A DNA stretch of 64,000 nt from an uncultured Verrucomicrobiota bacterium (GCA_964482435.1 CAYZXL010000006.1:64661-128660); one strand, 5' to 3'. Shown: positions 45,176-55,150, counted from the first letter of the stretch. Made by a program: numbers and translations. The notes: generated by a model not told the origin, from the letters alone.

Positions 45176-45445
45176 TCATCGTCTCAAGTTTAACTTCTTC
45201 AAAATAGCCTGGTATCTCTCGTGGTCCTTCAGGCTGAGGTAATCGAGAAGTCTTCTCCTTCTCCCAACCAATCTCAACAGGCCTCGTCGAGAATGATGGT
45301 CCTTCATATGCTGCTTGAGATGCTCCGTTACTTCGTTGATGCGCTCGGTCATGATAGCAATTTGCACGTCCGAAGAGCCTGTGTCCTTTTCGTGAAGTTG
45401 AAATTCTTTTGTGATTTCCTGCTTGCGCTCTTTTGCGAGTGCCAT
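45176..45445 (-). CDS. rpsO: 30S ribosomal protein S15
   Basis: 89 aa: [70 protein letters not shown]. Confidence 0.97.
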   Translation of the reverse strand: MALAKERKQEITKEFQLHEKDTGSSDVQIAIMTERINEVTEHLKQHMKDHHSRRGLLRLVGRRRRLLDYLSLKDHERYQAILKKLNLRR

Positions 45446-45549
45446 AAATGCTCTCCTGGTCTATCCGCGAAAAGCGGTTGATTTGCTTTTCAATCCTTTT
45501 GAGTCTGTTGGTTTCTGATTTCGTATTGTAGCGCGAGCCCTCTCGTGAA

Positions 45550-46551
45550 TCAACAATTTCCGTCGCGTGCCAGTCGGGGTCGTTTCTGCGCTACTTTCCG
45601 CGACGAGCGGCAACCCATTCGTCCCTCAAAATAACGTCTGACTTCGTCAATGTCCAGCTTAATTTGACTGGCCAGCTCGCCCAGAGTCGCGAACCGCCGG
45701 TCATCCCGCAGCGAGCGATGGAAGACTACTTCGATCCCCTTTCGGTAAATGGGCCTTGCGAAGTCAAGTATATGCACCTCCAGCACCGGCAGGGGAAGTT
45801 CTCCGTCGGCGAAGGTGGGTCTCCGGCCGATATAGAGAGCCCCGGCATATTTTGCACCGCTGACAACGACCTCCACCGCATAAATGCCCCCGGGGGGAAC
45901 CACCTGATCCATCGGATTGATGTTGGCGGTGCGAAATCCGAGCCTCCTGCCGACGGTTCTTCCCCGGACAACGTGGCCCATTATCGAATATCGCCGCCCG
46001 AGAAGGGATTCGGCGGTGGACAAATCGCCCTCCAGAATGCTCTGCCGAAGCATCGTGCTGCTGACGGGCACGCCTCCGACGAAAACCTCGTCCACGATTT
46101 CCACCCAGTAGCCGAGCTTTTCCCCCATCCTCTTCAGGAGTTCGGGAGTCCCTCGGCGCCCCTTGCCGAACCTCGACCGAGGTCCCACGACAAGTCCGGC
46201 AACCCTTAACCTCTTGTGCAGTATTTCAACCACAAAATCGGTTGGACGCATGGACGCTAAATTGTCGTTAAGCTCCGTCAGAACACACGCACCAACGCCC
46301 AGTTCCTCGATGAGCCTCAGCTTGTGGGGCGTGCAGGTCAGAAGCGGAGGCGCGCTCCCTCGCCCGACGGAGCTGCGAGGATGGGGATCAAAGGTCATCA
46401 CAACGCTCGTCAGCCCCAGGCCAGCCGCGAGCTCGACAGCCCTTCTGATGACTGCCTGGTGCCCGAGGTGAACGCCGTCGAAGGTTCCTATCGTCAAGCA
46501 GCAACGCCGACGAAACGGAAAGACCTTCGGAATGTCTCTAATGATTCTCAT
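45550..46551 (-). CDS. ribF: Bifunctional riboflavin kinase / FMN adenylyltransferase
   Basis: 333 aa. N-terminal TIGTFDGVHLGHQAVI. Kinase part GRRLGFRTANI...GIYAV...GALYIGRRPTF. It has a ~25-aa C-terminal extension. Confidence 0.93.
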   Translation of the reverse strand: MRIIRDIPKVFPFRRRCCLTIGTFDGVHLGHQAVIRRAVELAAGLGLTSVVMTFDPHPRSSVGRGSAPPLLTCTPHKLRLIEELGVGACVLTELNDNLASMRPTDFVVEILHKRLRVAGLVVGPRSRFGKGRRGTPELLKRMGEKLGYWVEIVDEVFVGGVPVSSTMLRQSILEGDLSTAESLLGRRYSIMGHVVRGRTVGRRLGFRTANINPMDQVVPPGGIYAVEVVVSGAKYAGALYIGRRPTFADGELPLPVLEVHILDFARPIYRKGIEVVFHRSLRDDRRFATLGELASQIKLDIDEVRRYFEGRMGCRSSRKVAQKRPRLARDGNC

Positions 46552-46618
46552 CCTTCACAATCAGCCGATCATGATTGGTCTGCGCATGAGGTCGTACGCG
46601 GTCTCAGGCGGAGGTTCA

Positions 46619-47362
46619 TCAACTTCTGTCGGTCCGCGCCCTCCTCTCCATGGCCACATCCACAGGCAGCAGCATGGGAGCGACCTTCTCTCGGGGCATC
46701 GCCTGGAGCATCTCAAGGGGGCGAGCATCGCGGAAAAGAAACGACCCCGACCGAAGCCGGCAAAGACGCAGCATGCACCCACCCGGCCCCAACTTTTCTC
46801 CAATATCTGCACAGAGCGTGCGAATGTACGTTCCCTTCGAGCATTCGACGAGGAACGTCACCTCCGGCGGATTCAGCTCGAGGAACTCAAGCCTCTTGAT
46901 GATGACGGTTTTCGGCTCCCTCGGGACCTCAATCCCCTTTCTGTGGAGCTTGTAGAGTCTGCACCCTTTGACTTTTTTCGCCGAGACCATCGGGGGAATC
47001 TGCTGAGTCTCCCCGCGGAACTGTCGAAAGACTTCCTCCACCTCCTCCTCGGAAAAGGGCGGGCATGGCTTTTCGGAAAGAACCTTTCCGTCCATGTCCT
47101 GAGTGTCGGTTACTACACCAAGCAGGAGCGTCGTAAGGTAAACCTTATCGTCGTTGATGAAATACTTGACGGTCTTCGTGGCTTTCCCGACGGCGAGGAC
47201 AAGGACGCCCGTCCCGATGGGGTCGAGGGTACCGAGGTGACCGATTTTGTGGAAGCGAAGAACTCGCCTTATCCTCTCCACTACCCCGTGGGAGGTGATG
47301 CCCGGAGGTTTATCCACAATCAAAAAGCCATTCAAAAATGAAGAGGGGGTCTCTCGAGACAC
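46619..47362 (-). CDS. truB: tRNA pseudouridine(55) synthase TruB
   Basis: Track ORF 46619..47542. Conserved GFLIVDKPPGITSHGVV, catalytic GHLGTLDPIGTGVLVLAVG, and PPMVSAKKVKG. The long ORF would overlap the upstream gene by 170 nt. In-frame GTG 47362 lies 8 nt after that gene's stop and is preferred, but the start remains uncertain. Confidence 0.88.
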   Translation of the reverse strand: MSRETPSSFLNGFLIVDKPPGITSHGVVERIRRVLRFHKIGHLGTLDPIGTGVLVLAVGKATKTVKYFINDDKVYLTTLLLGVVTDTQDMDGKVLSEKPCPPFSEEEVEEVFRQFRGETQQIPPMVSAKKVKGCRLYKLHRKGIEVPREPKTVIIKRLEFLELNPPEVTFLVECSKGTYIRTLCADIGEKLGPGGCMLRLCRLRSGSFLFRDARPLEMLQAMPREKVAPMLLPVDVAMERRARTDRS

Positions 47363-47369
47363 TGCTATT

Positions 47370-48413
47370 CTATCCTTTGGAGGACGTTTCTTCGGCGGCC
47401 GAACCGGAAGCAAAAGCGTCGGCTCGGCCCAATTCGCTGGCAACCGCTCTGAGGACCTGTTCCTGGACAAACTCCATCGGGCCATTGACCGTACAGCCGG
47501 CGGCGGTGGGGTGTCCTCCTCCCTGAAAGAGTGCCGCCACACGCTCTACCTCCACGGCCTTTTTCTTCGACCGCAGACTCACCTTTACTTTTTGCCCGTC
47601 GCCTTCCTGCTTGAACAAAATGGCGACCTCAACGCCTTCAAGCTCCCTCGGGAAATTCACGAAACCCTCTGTCTCCACGAGAGACCCGCCGACTTTCCGG
47701 AGCATCTCCCTCGTGACCCACATGAACGCTGCCCTGCCGGAGCAGCACCGCTGGAGCGTCGAGAGCGCTTCGCCCAGAAGCCTGTACTTCTGGAGAGAAT
47801 GGCACGCATAAACTCGATCTGCCACCGCCGCGGCATCGGCTCCAAGTTCCACGAGCTTCGCGGCTGCTGTCAGGGAAGAGGATGTGGTGTTGGGAAATCG
47901 AAACGAGCCGGTGTCCGTAAGTATGGCCGTGTAAAGGGCAGTAGCCATCTCGGCTGAAAAGGCATAGCCTGCCCTATCGAAGAGCCAGAAAAGCATTTCC
48001 CCGACGGAGGAAGCCTGCGGGTCAACCCAGTTGAGAGTCCCATGGGTAGTATTCCCAACGTGGTGGTCAATGTTTATTCTCTCCTTCGAATCCGGGACCG
48101 TGCTAGAGAGAGACTCAGGAAGACGAGATTCGCACGGCGTGTCCAGGATGAACACCACGGCCCACGTTTTGGTCGGGCTCAGTGACCGGAGCATCTCCTC
48201 CCGCGCAACAACAAAACGATATTCCGGCGGTATATCGCCGGGAAAAAGGACGCAGGATTTTTTCCCCAGTCCGTCCAGGGCTCGACGAAGAGCGACGAGG
48301 CTGCCCAGAGCATCTCCATCGGGATTGACGTGAGTCAGGAGCAGAAACTCCTGATTGTCCCGAATGACTTCGATAATTCTGTCCTGTATCAGCTTAGCGT
48401 CCGGGGGATTCAT
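47370..48413 (-). CDS. nrnA: DHH/DHHA1 phosphoesterase (NrnA-like oligoribonuclease/pAp phosphatase)
   Basis: 347 aa. Motifs HVNPDGDALGS, DTGSFRF, INIDHHVGN and the DHHA1 motif GGGHPTAAG. It occupies the usual position between rbfA and truB. Confidence 0.8.
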   Translation of the reverse strand: MNPPDAKLIQDRIIEVIRDNQEFLLLTHVNPDGDALGSLVALRRALDGLGKKSCVLFPGDIPPEYRFVVAREEMLRSLSPTKTWAVVFILDTPCESRLPESLSSTVPDSKERINIDHHVGNTTHGTLNWVDPQASSVGEMLFWLFDRAGYAFSAEMATALYTAILTDTGSFRFPNTTSSSLTAAAKLVELGADAAAVADRVYACHSLQKYRLLGEALSTLQRCCSGRAAFMWVTREMLRKVGGSLVETEGFVNFPRELEGVEVAILFKQEGDGQKVKVSLRSKKKAVEVERVAALFQGGGHPTAAGCTVNGPMEFVQEQVLRAVASELGRADAFASGSAAEETSSKG

Positions 48414-48823
48414 TTCAGTTCGGCGTCGCCCTGAGTCTCCTTGTCCGCGTTGCCGCCATGAGTCTCGTCGCGGTGCTCCCGGCTTTCTCTGATTTCGGAG
48501 AGGAGTTCAGCGATTCGCATCGAATGGTCAATAGAGGTGTCCAGTTGGAAATTCAGCTTCGGCATATACCTCAGCCTTATCCGACCGGATAGTTCCTTCC
48601 GGACGAATCCGGCTGCCGCGTTGAGAGAACGCAGCGATTCCTGCCTATGCTCCTCGTCGCCTAAGACGCTGACTCGCACAAGGGCGCTTCGGAGGTCGCT
48701 CGTTACCTCCACGTCGCTGACGGTGACGAAACCGACCTTCGGGTTTCTGATTTCCCGGCAGAGGATGTCTGCGATTTCTCTCTTGATTAACTCGCCCACT
48801 CTCAGCGTTCTCTTTGTGGACAT
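48410..48823 (-). CDS. rbfA: Ribosome-binding factor A
   Basis: 137 aa. RVGELIKREIADIL...DPKVGFVTVSDVEVTSDLRSALVRVSVLG. Acidic/His-rich C-terminal tail. 4-nt overlap with nrnA. Confidence 0.93.
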   Translation of the reverse strand: MSTKRTLRVGELIKREIADILCREIRNPKVGFVTVSDVEVTSDLRSALVRVSVLGDEEHRQESLRSLNAAAGFVRKELSGRIRLRYMPKLNFQLDTSIDHSMRIAELLSEIRESREHRDETHGGNADKETQGDAELK

Positions 48824-48900
48824 GGGACTCTCCTCTCCATCCTGCGAGAAGGTTTAACCCGAAACCAATGGCATGCCGCCCTGCCGCGCAGAACGTCGGC

Positions 48901-49182
48901 TCAAAACATAGTCATTTGAAAATCCACGACTTCGACCTGCCGACACGATTCAATGAAACTCACCACTTCCGACAAGACACGGTTGGTAAATGAGTTGGCG
49001 GTGCTCAGATGCGCGATCCCCAACAAACAACTCTGTCGGCTGGATAGGTGCGAGATTTCCGAAACGGAAACGTTGAAATTATTTCTTATCCTGTCCTTGA
49101 TGCTTTTTACTACCATTCTCTTGTCTTTGAGGGACGAGGCGCCGGGTATCCGCATCTCCACTTCCAACACGCCAATGGTCAT
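48901..49182 (-). CDS. DUF503 (YlxP-like) protein
   Basis: 93 aa: MTIGVLEVEMRIPGASSLKDKRMVVKSIKDRIRNNFNVSVSEI. Conserved location between infB and rbfA. Confidence 0.8.
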   Translation of the reverse strand: MTIGVLEVEMRIPGASSLKDKRMVVKSIKDRIRNNFNVSVSEISHLSSRQSCLLGIAHLSTANSFTNRVLSEVVSFIESCRQVEVVDFQMTMF

Positions 49183-49244
49183 GCCAGTCGCTTGTCACAT
49201 TCTCGGAGGCCTCCGGTTGCCCCTTAGCACTGGAGCCTCCCGGT

Positions 49245-51383
49245 TCAGAGGGTTTGCGGTATTTCTTCTATGACGTAGAACTCAAGAATATCCCCTTCCT
49301 GTATGTCCTCCTGTCCCCTCAGCTTGATGCCGCACTCCATTCCGCTCCTGATTTCCTTGACATCGTCTTTGAATCTCTTCAGACTCGCCAGCTCGCCTTT
49401 CCAGAGTTGCTGGTCGCTGCGGAGAAGCACCGCCTTGGCGCCGGTCTGGACTTTCCCATCCTTAACGTAGCACCCGGCCACACGACCAACAGCCGAAGAG
49501 ACAAAAACCTGCCGAATCTCGGCTCGGCCGATGAACACTTCCTTCATCTCCGGCGGTAAAAGGCCTTCCATAGCTCGCTTGATTCTGTCAATCGCTTCAT
49601 AGATGATGTCGAAGCTCTCTATGACCACGTTCTCCTCGCGCGCCATATCAGCAGCAGAAGGGCTCACCTTGCTGTGGAAGGCGACTATGAGGGCTTCCGA
49701 AGCCGCCGCGAGGATAACGTCGGAGTCGTTAACGTCGCCGACGCCGCCGTGAATGATTTTGAGGGAGACTTTCTCCGTGCTCAGTTTCTCGAGGGATTGG
49801 GAGAGGGCCTCAACAGACCCCTGGACATCCCCCTTAATGATAATTTTCAACTCCTTCTTTTCCTGCCCGAGTTCCGTTTTGAAGAATTCCTCGATTGTCA
49901 GCTTCCTCAGCTCCGCGACATCTGGCCGGCGGACTTGCTCCTGCCGCTGGCGGGCGGTTTCTCTCGCTTCGCGCTCGGACTCGGGGGAGGTAACTTCCAA
50001 CCCGACCGGGGGAACACTGTTAAAACCGAGGACTTCCACGGGAGTGGAAGGACCTGCCTCGCTGAGCCTGTTCCCGCGCTCGTCAAGAAGAGCGCGGACT
50101 TTCCCGTAGCACTCTCCCGCCAGGACATAGTCACCCACGTGAAGAGTGCCGTCCTTGACCAGAACTGCCGCGACCACCCCTCTTCCGGCAGAAAGACTTG
50201 ACTCAATCACCACGCCTTTCGCGCTGCGCTCCGGATAAGCCTTGAGCTCCATCATCTCCGCCTGAAGGAGAATCATCTCGAGAAGATGCTCGACCCCATT
50301 TCCGGTGAGTGCCGAAACCTCCGCACAAATCACGTCGCCACCCCATTGCTCCGGGGTGAGGCCACGTTCCGTGAGTTGCTGGCGCACTCTATCCGGAGAA
50401 GCCGTCGCCTTATCGGTTTTGTTGATAGCCACCATTATGGTGACCTCCGCTTCTCTGGCGTGGTTAATTGCTTCGACGGTCTGGGGCATTACTCCATCAT
50501 CCGCGGCTATCACGAGGACACATATATCGGTAACGTTGACTCCCCGGCGCCTCATCTCCGTGAACGCTTCGTGTCCGGGGGTATCCAGGAAAATAATCGA
50601 ACGGTCGTCCGCCGAGACCTTGTACGCTCCAATGTGCTGTGTTATGCCACCGACCTCTCCGGCGACAACGTTGGTTTTGCGAATCGCGTCGAGGAGAGAG
50701 GTTTTTCCGTGGTCCACGTGCCCGATAAAGGTGACCACAGGCGCCCTGGGAACAACAACCTCCTTCTTTTCTTCTACAACGACTTTCTCAGCTTCTTCAA
50801 CCTCCGGCGGCGCCGACGCCTCCACCTCGGGAGAGGCCGGAAGGGTCTCAACTGCTCCCTGCGTTGTCTCGCCTGCCGGACCGGGCACCTCGAAAACCAC
50901 TTCGCGCCCCAGCTCATGGGCGAGAATCTCGACGGTGTCGCGGTCCAGCACGTCGGTCTGGATTATCTTTAACCCGAGTCGCTTGCAGACGCGAGTCAGC
51001 TCCGCTGGCTCAAGGCCCAACTTCGGTGCGAGGCTGCGAACCGTCAGGAGCCGCGTCAGCCTGACCGCTGCCGGCGCCGAAGGCTTCTTCGCCCTCTTGA
51101 TCTTGGCGGGTTTAGCTGGTTTCTTGACGGCCTTTTCGGCTCGTGGCCTGCCAACGCGTTTGGGGGGAGGAGGCGCTTTTTTGGCTTTCGGTTTCCTCCG
51201 GACAACCGGCCTCAACGGCCGAACGGGCCTGGTAAATTCCTGACGAAGCCGTTCGGCGATGTCATCAGGAATAGCGGAGTTCGGGGACATGATGATGAGT
51301 CCCATGATCTCGCACTTTCGTGCAAGCTCATCGTCCGAGACTCCAAGTTCCTTGGCGAGTGTGCTTGCTCTCCGGCCCAACAC
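49245..51383 (-). CDS. infB: Translation initiation factor IF-2
   Basis: 712 aa. GTG start sharing one base with the nusA stop. G domain GHVDHGKTSLLD, DTPGHEAF, NKTD. C-terminal domains conserved. Confidence 0.97.
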   Translation of the reverse strand: MLGRRASTLAKELGVSDDELARKCEIMGLIIMSPNSAIPDDIAERLRQEFTRPVRPLRPVVRRKPKAKKAPPPPKRVGRPRAEKAVKKPAKPAKIKRAKKPSAPAAVRLTRLLTVRSLAPKLGLEPAELTRVCKRLGLKIIQTDVLDRDTVEILAHELGREVVFEVPGPAGETTQGAVETLPASPEVEASAPPEVEEAEKVVVEEKKEVVVPRAPVVTFIGHVDHGKTSLLDAIRKTNVVAGEVGGITQHIGAYKVSADDRSIIFLDTPGHEAFTEMRRRGVNVTDICVLVIAADDGVMPQTVEAINHAREAEVTIMVAINKTDKATASPDRVRQQLTERGLTPEQWGGDVICAEVSALTGNGVEHLLEMILLQAEMMELKAYPERSAKGVVIESSLSAGRGVVAAVLVKDGTLHVGDYVLAGECYGKVRALLDERGNRLSEAGPSTPVEVLGFNSVPPVGLEVTSPESEREARETARQRQEQVRRPDVAELRKLTIEEFFKTELGQEKKELKIIIKGDVQGSVEALSQSLEKLSTEKVSLKIIHGGVGDVNDSDVILAAASEALIVAFHSKVSPSAADMAREENVVIESFDIIYEAIDRIKRAMEGLLPPEMKEVFIGRAEIRQVFVSSAVGRVAGCYVKDGKVQTGAKAVLLRSDQQLWKGELASLKRFKDDVKEIRSGMECGIKLRGQEDIQEGDILEFYVIEEIPQTL

Positions 51384-52624
51384 TATCCTCCCTGGACCGA
51401 TTCCTTTGCGGCTTTCAGGAGTTTCTCGGCGGTCGCCTTGCCAAAACCGGGGAGTTTTTCGAGGTCTTCCTCTGAGGCAGCGGCGATGGCGTCCACACTT
51501 GTGTAGCCCGCCCCTTCCAGAACTTCAAGAGTTTTCTCGCCCACCCCCGGCAGCGAGAGAATTTCCTGCCGCTTAATCTGCCGTAATTCTTCTATTTTCT
51601 CTTCCGAGAAGATGTCCACCTTCCAGCCGACCAGCTTGTGGCTCAGACGGGCGTTCTGCCCCTTCTTCCCGATGGCGAGAGAAAGTTGGTCTTCAGTTAC
51701 GACGACAGTCACGCTTTTCCCGGCTTCGTTGACCTCCACTCTCTTCAGCTTGGCAGGGCTGAGGGCGTTCTCGACGTACTTTGCGATATCCTCGCTCCAC
51801 TTGATGATGTCAATCTTTTCGCCGTTGAGTTCCCGAACGATATTCTTGACCCTTGCCCCGCGCAGTCCGACACATGCGCCCACGGCGTCAACTTTCTCGT
51901 CGGTCGAAAGGACGGCGATCTTTGTTCGGTGGCCGGGCTCTCGCGCAATCCCCTTTATCTGGACGACCCCATCGGCTACCTCCGGGATTTCCAGCTCGAA
52001 CAATCTCTCCACAAGCCCCGGATGCGTTCGGGAAATTATGACCTCCGGCCCTTTGATGGAATCCTTGACCTCCGTGACGTAAGCGCTGATTCGGCTTCCG
52101 ACAGGATACCTTTCACCAAAGCACTGCTCCCTCGCGGGAAGAATCGCTTCTGTCCTCCCAAGGTCAACGGTCACCAGCCCGTAGCTCTGACGGCGGACCG
52201 TGCCCGTTACCAACGTCCCGACGCGGTCTTTGAACTCGCCGAAAACCAGGTTCTTCTCCGCCTCCCGCAGTCTTTGAATTATGACTTGCTTCGCCGTCTG
52301 GGCGGCAATCCTGCCGAAATCGTGCGGAGTTACTTCGACCCGGATGAGGTCCCCCTCCTTTGCATTGCTGTTTATGGCGACGGCCGTCTCAAGGGAGATC
52401 GTGTCTGGAAGGTTATCACCGGCGCCGGAAACGATCAGAACGTCCGCGAAAACGTGCATGCCGCCGCTGCCGCGGTCTATCTGCACGACGAGATTCCGGG
52501 CCGATGGTAGCGTCTTTTTCGACGCGCTTAGCAGAGACGACTCCACTGCCTCCAGGATTGTGTCCCTGGAGATTCCTTTTTCCCGCTCAATGTAATCGAG
52601 AACCGTCAACAGCTCGCCATTCAT
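51383..52624 (-). CDS. nusA: Transcription termination/antitermination factor NusA
   Basis: Track ORF extends to 52633 (TTG). ATG 52624 follows GAGGGGAG and gives MNGELLTVLDYIEREKGISRD. S1 and two KH domains, plus a C-terminal HhH region (LSLPGVGEKTLEVLEGAGYTSV). Confidence 0.97.
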   Translation of the reverse strand: MNGELLTVLDYIEREKGISRDTILEAVESSLLSASKKTLPSARNLVVQIDRGSGGMHVFADVLIVSGAGDNLPDTISLETAVAINSNAKEGDLIRVEVTPHDFGRIAAQTAKQVIIQRLREAEKNLVFGEFKDRVGTLVTGTVRRQSYGLVTVDLGRTEAILPAREQCFGERYPVGSRISAYVTEVKDSIKGPEVIISRTHPGLVERLFELEIPEVADGVVQIKGIAREPGHRTKIAVLSTDEKVDAVGACVGLRGARVKNIVRELNGEKIDIIKWSEDIAKYVENALSPAKLKRVEVNEAGKSVTVVVTEDQLSLAIGKKGQNARLSHKLVGWKVDIFSEEKIEELRQIKRQEILSLPGVGEKTLEVLEGAGYTSVDAIAAASEEDLEKLPGFGKATAEKLLKAAKESVQGG

Positions 52625-52658
52625 CCCTCTCAACTCCCCTCGCTTCTGACAATACCTT

Positions 52659-52748
52659 AAACAGAAAAGAGCGGGCTTCGGCCCACTCTCTGTTTTCAGA
52701 ACAGCGAGTTCGTTAAGTAAGTTACGACCCGCTTGGGTCCTTTGTCAA
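52659..52748 (-). promoter_or_regulatory. Candidate nusA operon promoter followed by a leader terminator/attenuator hairpin
   Basis: Minus strand: TTGACA (52748-52743), 18-nt spacer, TAACTT (52724-52719). Then hairpin AGAGTGGGC-cgaa-GCCCGCTCT (52689-52668) followed by TTTCTGTTT, ending ~35 nt before the nusA ATG. Confidence 0.4.
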
Positions 52749-52848
52749 GAAAAATTCCCGAAAGATGGTAAGGCCTCGCTTGCGGGCAACACGGGCGTGT
52801 TGAGCCGCCCCAGTCTGGGCGAATCCGTTTCGATCGAGCGCGGACGCC

Positions 52849-54168
52849 TCACGGGTTTTCGAGAATGCGGTAGAAGCGGCGCACGACAAGGGAAGGGGGA
52901 AGGCCGGTGAGGGAGCCGTCGTCAATCCAGGAGGTGGTTTGATTGCCGGAGGAGGGGAAGGCCTCGACGGCGAGGGTCCAGGTCAGAAGGTCGTCGGAGT
53001 AGAAAATGGAATAAGTCCTCTCGGCGAGGGAGCTCCAGGCGAAGGTCGTCTCCACCGGACCCGGCCCCAGCGTCAGCTCGTTGATGTGGTACTCATACGC
53101 CCCCATGTCCACGGTTGGGCTCTTCCCGCCATACATAATCCTGTGCGTCCCGACGACGTCCGTCTCGGGAAGGCCCGGGGCACCATTATCGCCTGCGTCT
53201 ATGCAGGGCGACTGCGGCCGGAGCCCGAAGTTCAGAGTGAGTGGGTCAGCAAATTGAGGGTCTGCGTCAATGTTGCCCTCCCCTGGCCAGCCTCCCTCCA
53301 CGTTGCTGTACAGTATTTCGACGGAACCGAAGCGGACGTCGGCCACGGCCTCTTCGGTGTCCCAGATCAGGCTGTTGCTGACGGCGATGTGGCTGGGCCA
53401 CTCGCCGTAGCATGTGAGCCCAAAGACATTGCCCCAGAGGGTGCAGTTAACCAGAACGGGGTTGCGGGTAGCATAGGACCGGACCGCGAAGCCGTTGGCG
53501 CGCAGGATGCAGTTGCTGACGACAAGTTGCGAGTCGCCGTCGACGTTGCGGGCATCGACCCCCCAGAGGTTGCAGGAGATGCGGCAGGCGCTTATCCGGG
53601 CCCGGGCCCAGCCCAGGCAGAGTATAGCCCTTTCGTTTCCATGGATGTCGCAGTGGCGGATCTCGCCTTGAGAGGAGTCCAAGTTGACAGCGGTCGCGTT
53701 CCCTGTGAAGACGCACCCCTGGACGCGGAAATCGCGGCACTCGGCGAGGACCAAGCCGGTATTGTTCCCAACGAAGGCGCAATTCGAGATGAGCACACTG
53801 TCGTCCTGGCCTATATAAAGCCCGCCCTGGGCGTCAGCGATGGTGAGGTCGCGGATGTGGGTCCCATTGGCCCCCACGACTAAGTACCAACCGGCTCGGG
53901 TGAGAGCCCTGACGGTGGTTGCGTCGACCTCGGCGCCGGCCAGGACCATATTGTCCTTCAGCCAGACGGTGCCGAAATAGTCCCCGGGGCCCAGCATCAC
54001 CGTATCGCCTGGAAGGCCCCCGTCCACGGCGGCCTGAACACTCCCCCCTGCGGGCACGTGAATTATTGCTGCCTGCGCGTGGCTGAGGATACATAGCGCC
54101 ACGGCCAGCCTGGCGCCACCCAGGTAGAACGCTGCCAGTACAACAGACGACATCCATACCTTGTTCAT
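52849..54168 (-). CDS. Secreted parallel beta-helix (PbH1) protein D with the shared C-terminal domain
   Basis: 439 aa, signal peptide MNKVWMSSVVLAAFYLGGARLAVALCILSHAQA. PbH1 coils NCAFVGNNTGLVLAECRDFRVQGCVFTGNATAVNL... Cap YSNVEGGWPGEGNIDADPQFADP...PQSPCIDAGDN...VDMGAYEY. Tail TYSIFYSDDLLTWTLAVEAFPSSGNQTTSWIDDGSLTGLPPSLVVRRFYRILENP. Confidence 0.82.
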   Translation of the reverse strand: MNKVWMSSVVLAAFYLGGARLAVALCILSHAQAAIIHVPAGGSVQAAVDGGLPGDTVMLGPGDYFGTVWLKDNMVLAGAEVDATTVRALTRAGWYLVVGANGTHIRDLTIADAQGGLYIGQDDSVLISNCAFVGNNTGLVLAECRDFRVQGCVFTGNATAVNLDSSQGEIRHCDIHGNERAILCLGWARARISACRISCNLWGVDARNVDGDSQLVVSNCILRANGFAVRSYATRNPVLVNCTLWGNVFGLTCYGEWPSHIAVSNSLIWDTEEAVADVRFGSVEILYSNVEGGWPGEGNIDADPQFADPLTLNFGLRPQSPCIDAGDNGAPGLPETDVVGTHRIMYGGKSPTVDMGAYEYHINELTLGPGPVETTFAWSSLAERTYSIFYSDDLLTWTLAVEAFPSSGNQTTSWIDDGSLTGLPPSLVVRRFYRILENP

Positions 54169-54183
54169 GTTCGGTCCTCCTGT

Positions 54184-54972
54184 TTATTCTTTCCAGCACG
54201 ATAGGGAGGCGACGTAAACGAGTCTTGGTGCGTTTGGATCGTCATTGACTTTAACCTCCACTCCTATGTCCCACGGGAGTTGCGTCTGCGCGGAGAGAAC
54301 GTTGAACCGTCCCCAGACGTAGCCGGCGTAGCAGTCGCTTTGGTTTGGTATATCAACCTCTGTGATTACAAAATTCTCCCAGCTTATGCTGAACACCGCA
54401 TTCCCCGGTTGGCCCGTATAGCTGGCATACGGGATAACATCCGCCGCGCCGACCGGTTGGCCATTCGTGTAAGCGAGAAAACCGATTCGATGGGTGCCTT
54501 CAGAAAGGCTCACCCTCTGCCACGCCTGCTTGTCCTCTCCGTTGTGCAGTTGCCCGAGATCGTCCACGTATTTTGTCTCGTTTCTGCATTTAATGGAGTA
54601 CGCGTCGCTGCGGAGGGAGGACTGGAACGTTTGCAGCCAGGTTCCGTCTGGAGTCCACTCCTGAACCTTGCACCCGAACCAGCAGCCGGAAATACTGAAA
54701 GCGCGAGGCTCAAGTATCTCATAGGTGCCCTCCTTAACGCTTTGCAAGACAAAAGCCGCCAACCCCTCAGGGCTGCGCCAGCGCCACCGGTCACAATATA
54801 TCGGACCGTGTTGGTTTTATCGTTCCTGGCCCTCTCATAGATATGGCCATGGCCTGCAAACACCATCTGCGCGCCTAACTCTCCCCCCACAGAGTTGCAG
54901 GACGAGAAGTGCGGTCGCGGTGAGAAGCACGGAGACACAGATTGCCGCCCTCCTGACTTTTCCCCTTTTCAT
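54184..54972 (-). pseudogene. Decayed secreted metallophosphoesterase: signal peptide, phosphoesterase C-terminal motif and a 192-aa C-terminal ORF, in three different frames
   Basis: ATG 54972 encodes MKRGKVRRAAICVSVLLTATALLVLQLCGG and terminates after 45 codons. A second frame (track ORF 54510..54938) reads ...ELGAQMVFAGHGHIYERARNDKTNTVRYIVTGGAGAAL, the last metallophosphoesterase motifs only. A third frame is track ORF 54184..54762 (TTG start, no signal peptide). The ~250 aa of catalytic domain expected between signal peptide and GHGH motif are absent. GC looks lower here than in the flanks. Confidence 0.5.
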
Positions 54973-55150
54973 TTGTGCACCCCCTTTTCTTCAGGAGTTA
55001 CTATAAGGCTACTTCAGCACATCTCACCTTGATATTAGTGCGCTCGCCTCAGCCCAAAGTCAAGAAGTTTTCTTCGCAATACGAATTTCCCCCACGACCC
55101 GCGTCCCTCGCGAGCCCCCAAACATCCCCTCGTTTTGTGCCAAGCGAGAA

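Noticed and set aside
46324-47957. Plus-strand ORFs 46324..46899, 46532..47341 and 47247..47957
   Set aside because: They are antisense to the ribF, truB and nrnA frames, all of which carry diagnostic motifs.
52722-52925. ORF 52722..52925(-), which could have been a small rimP-position gene
   Set aside because: It overlaps the 3' end of the beta-helix gene in another frame and bears no similarity to RimP. The region is better explained as promoter and leader.
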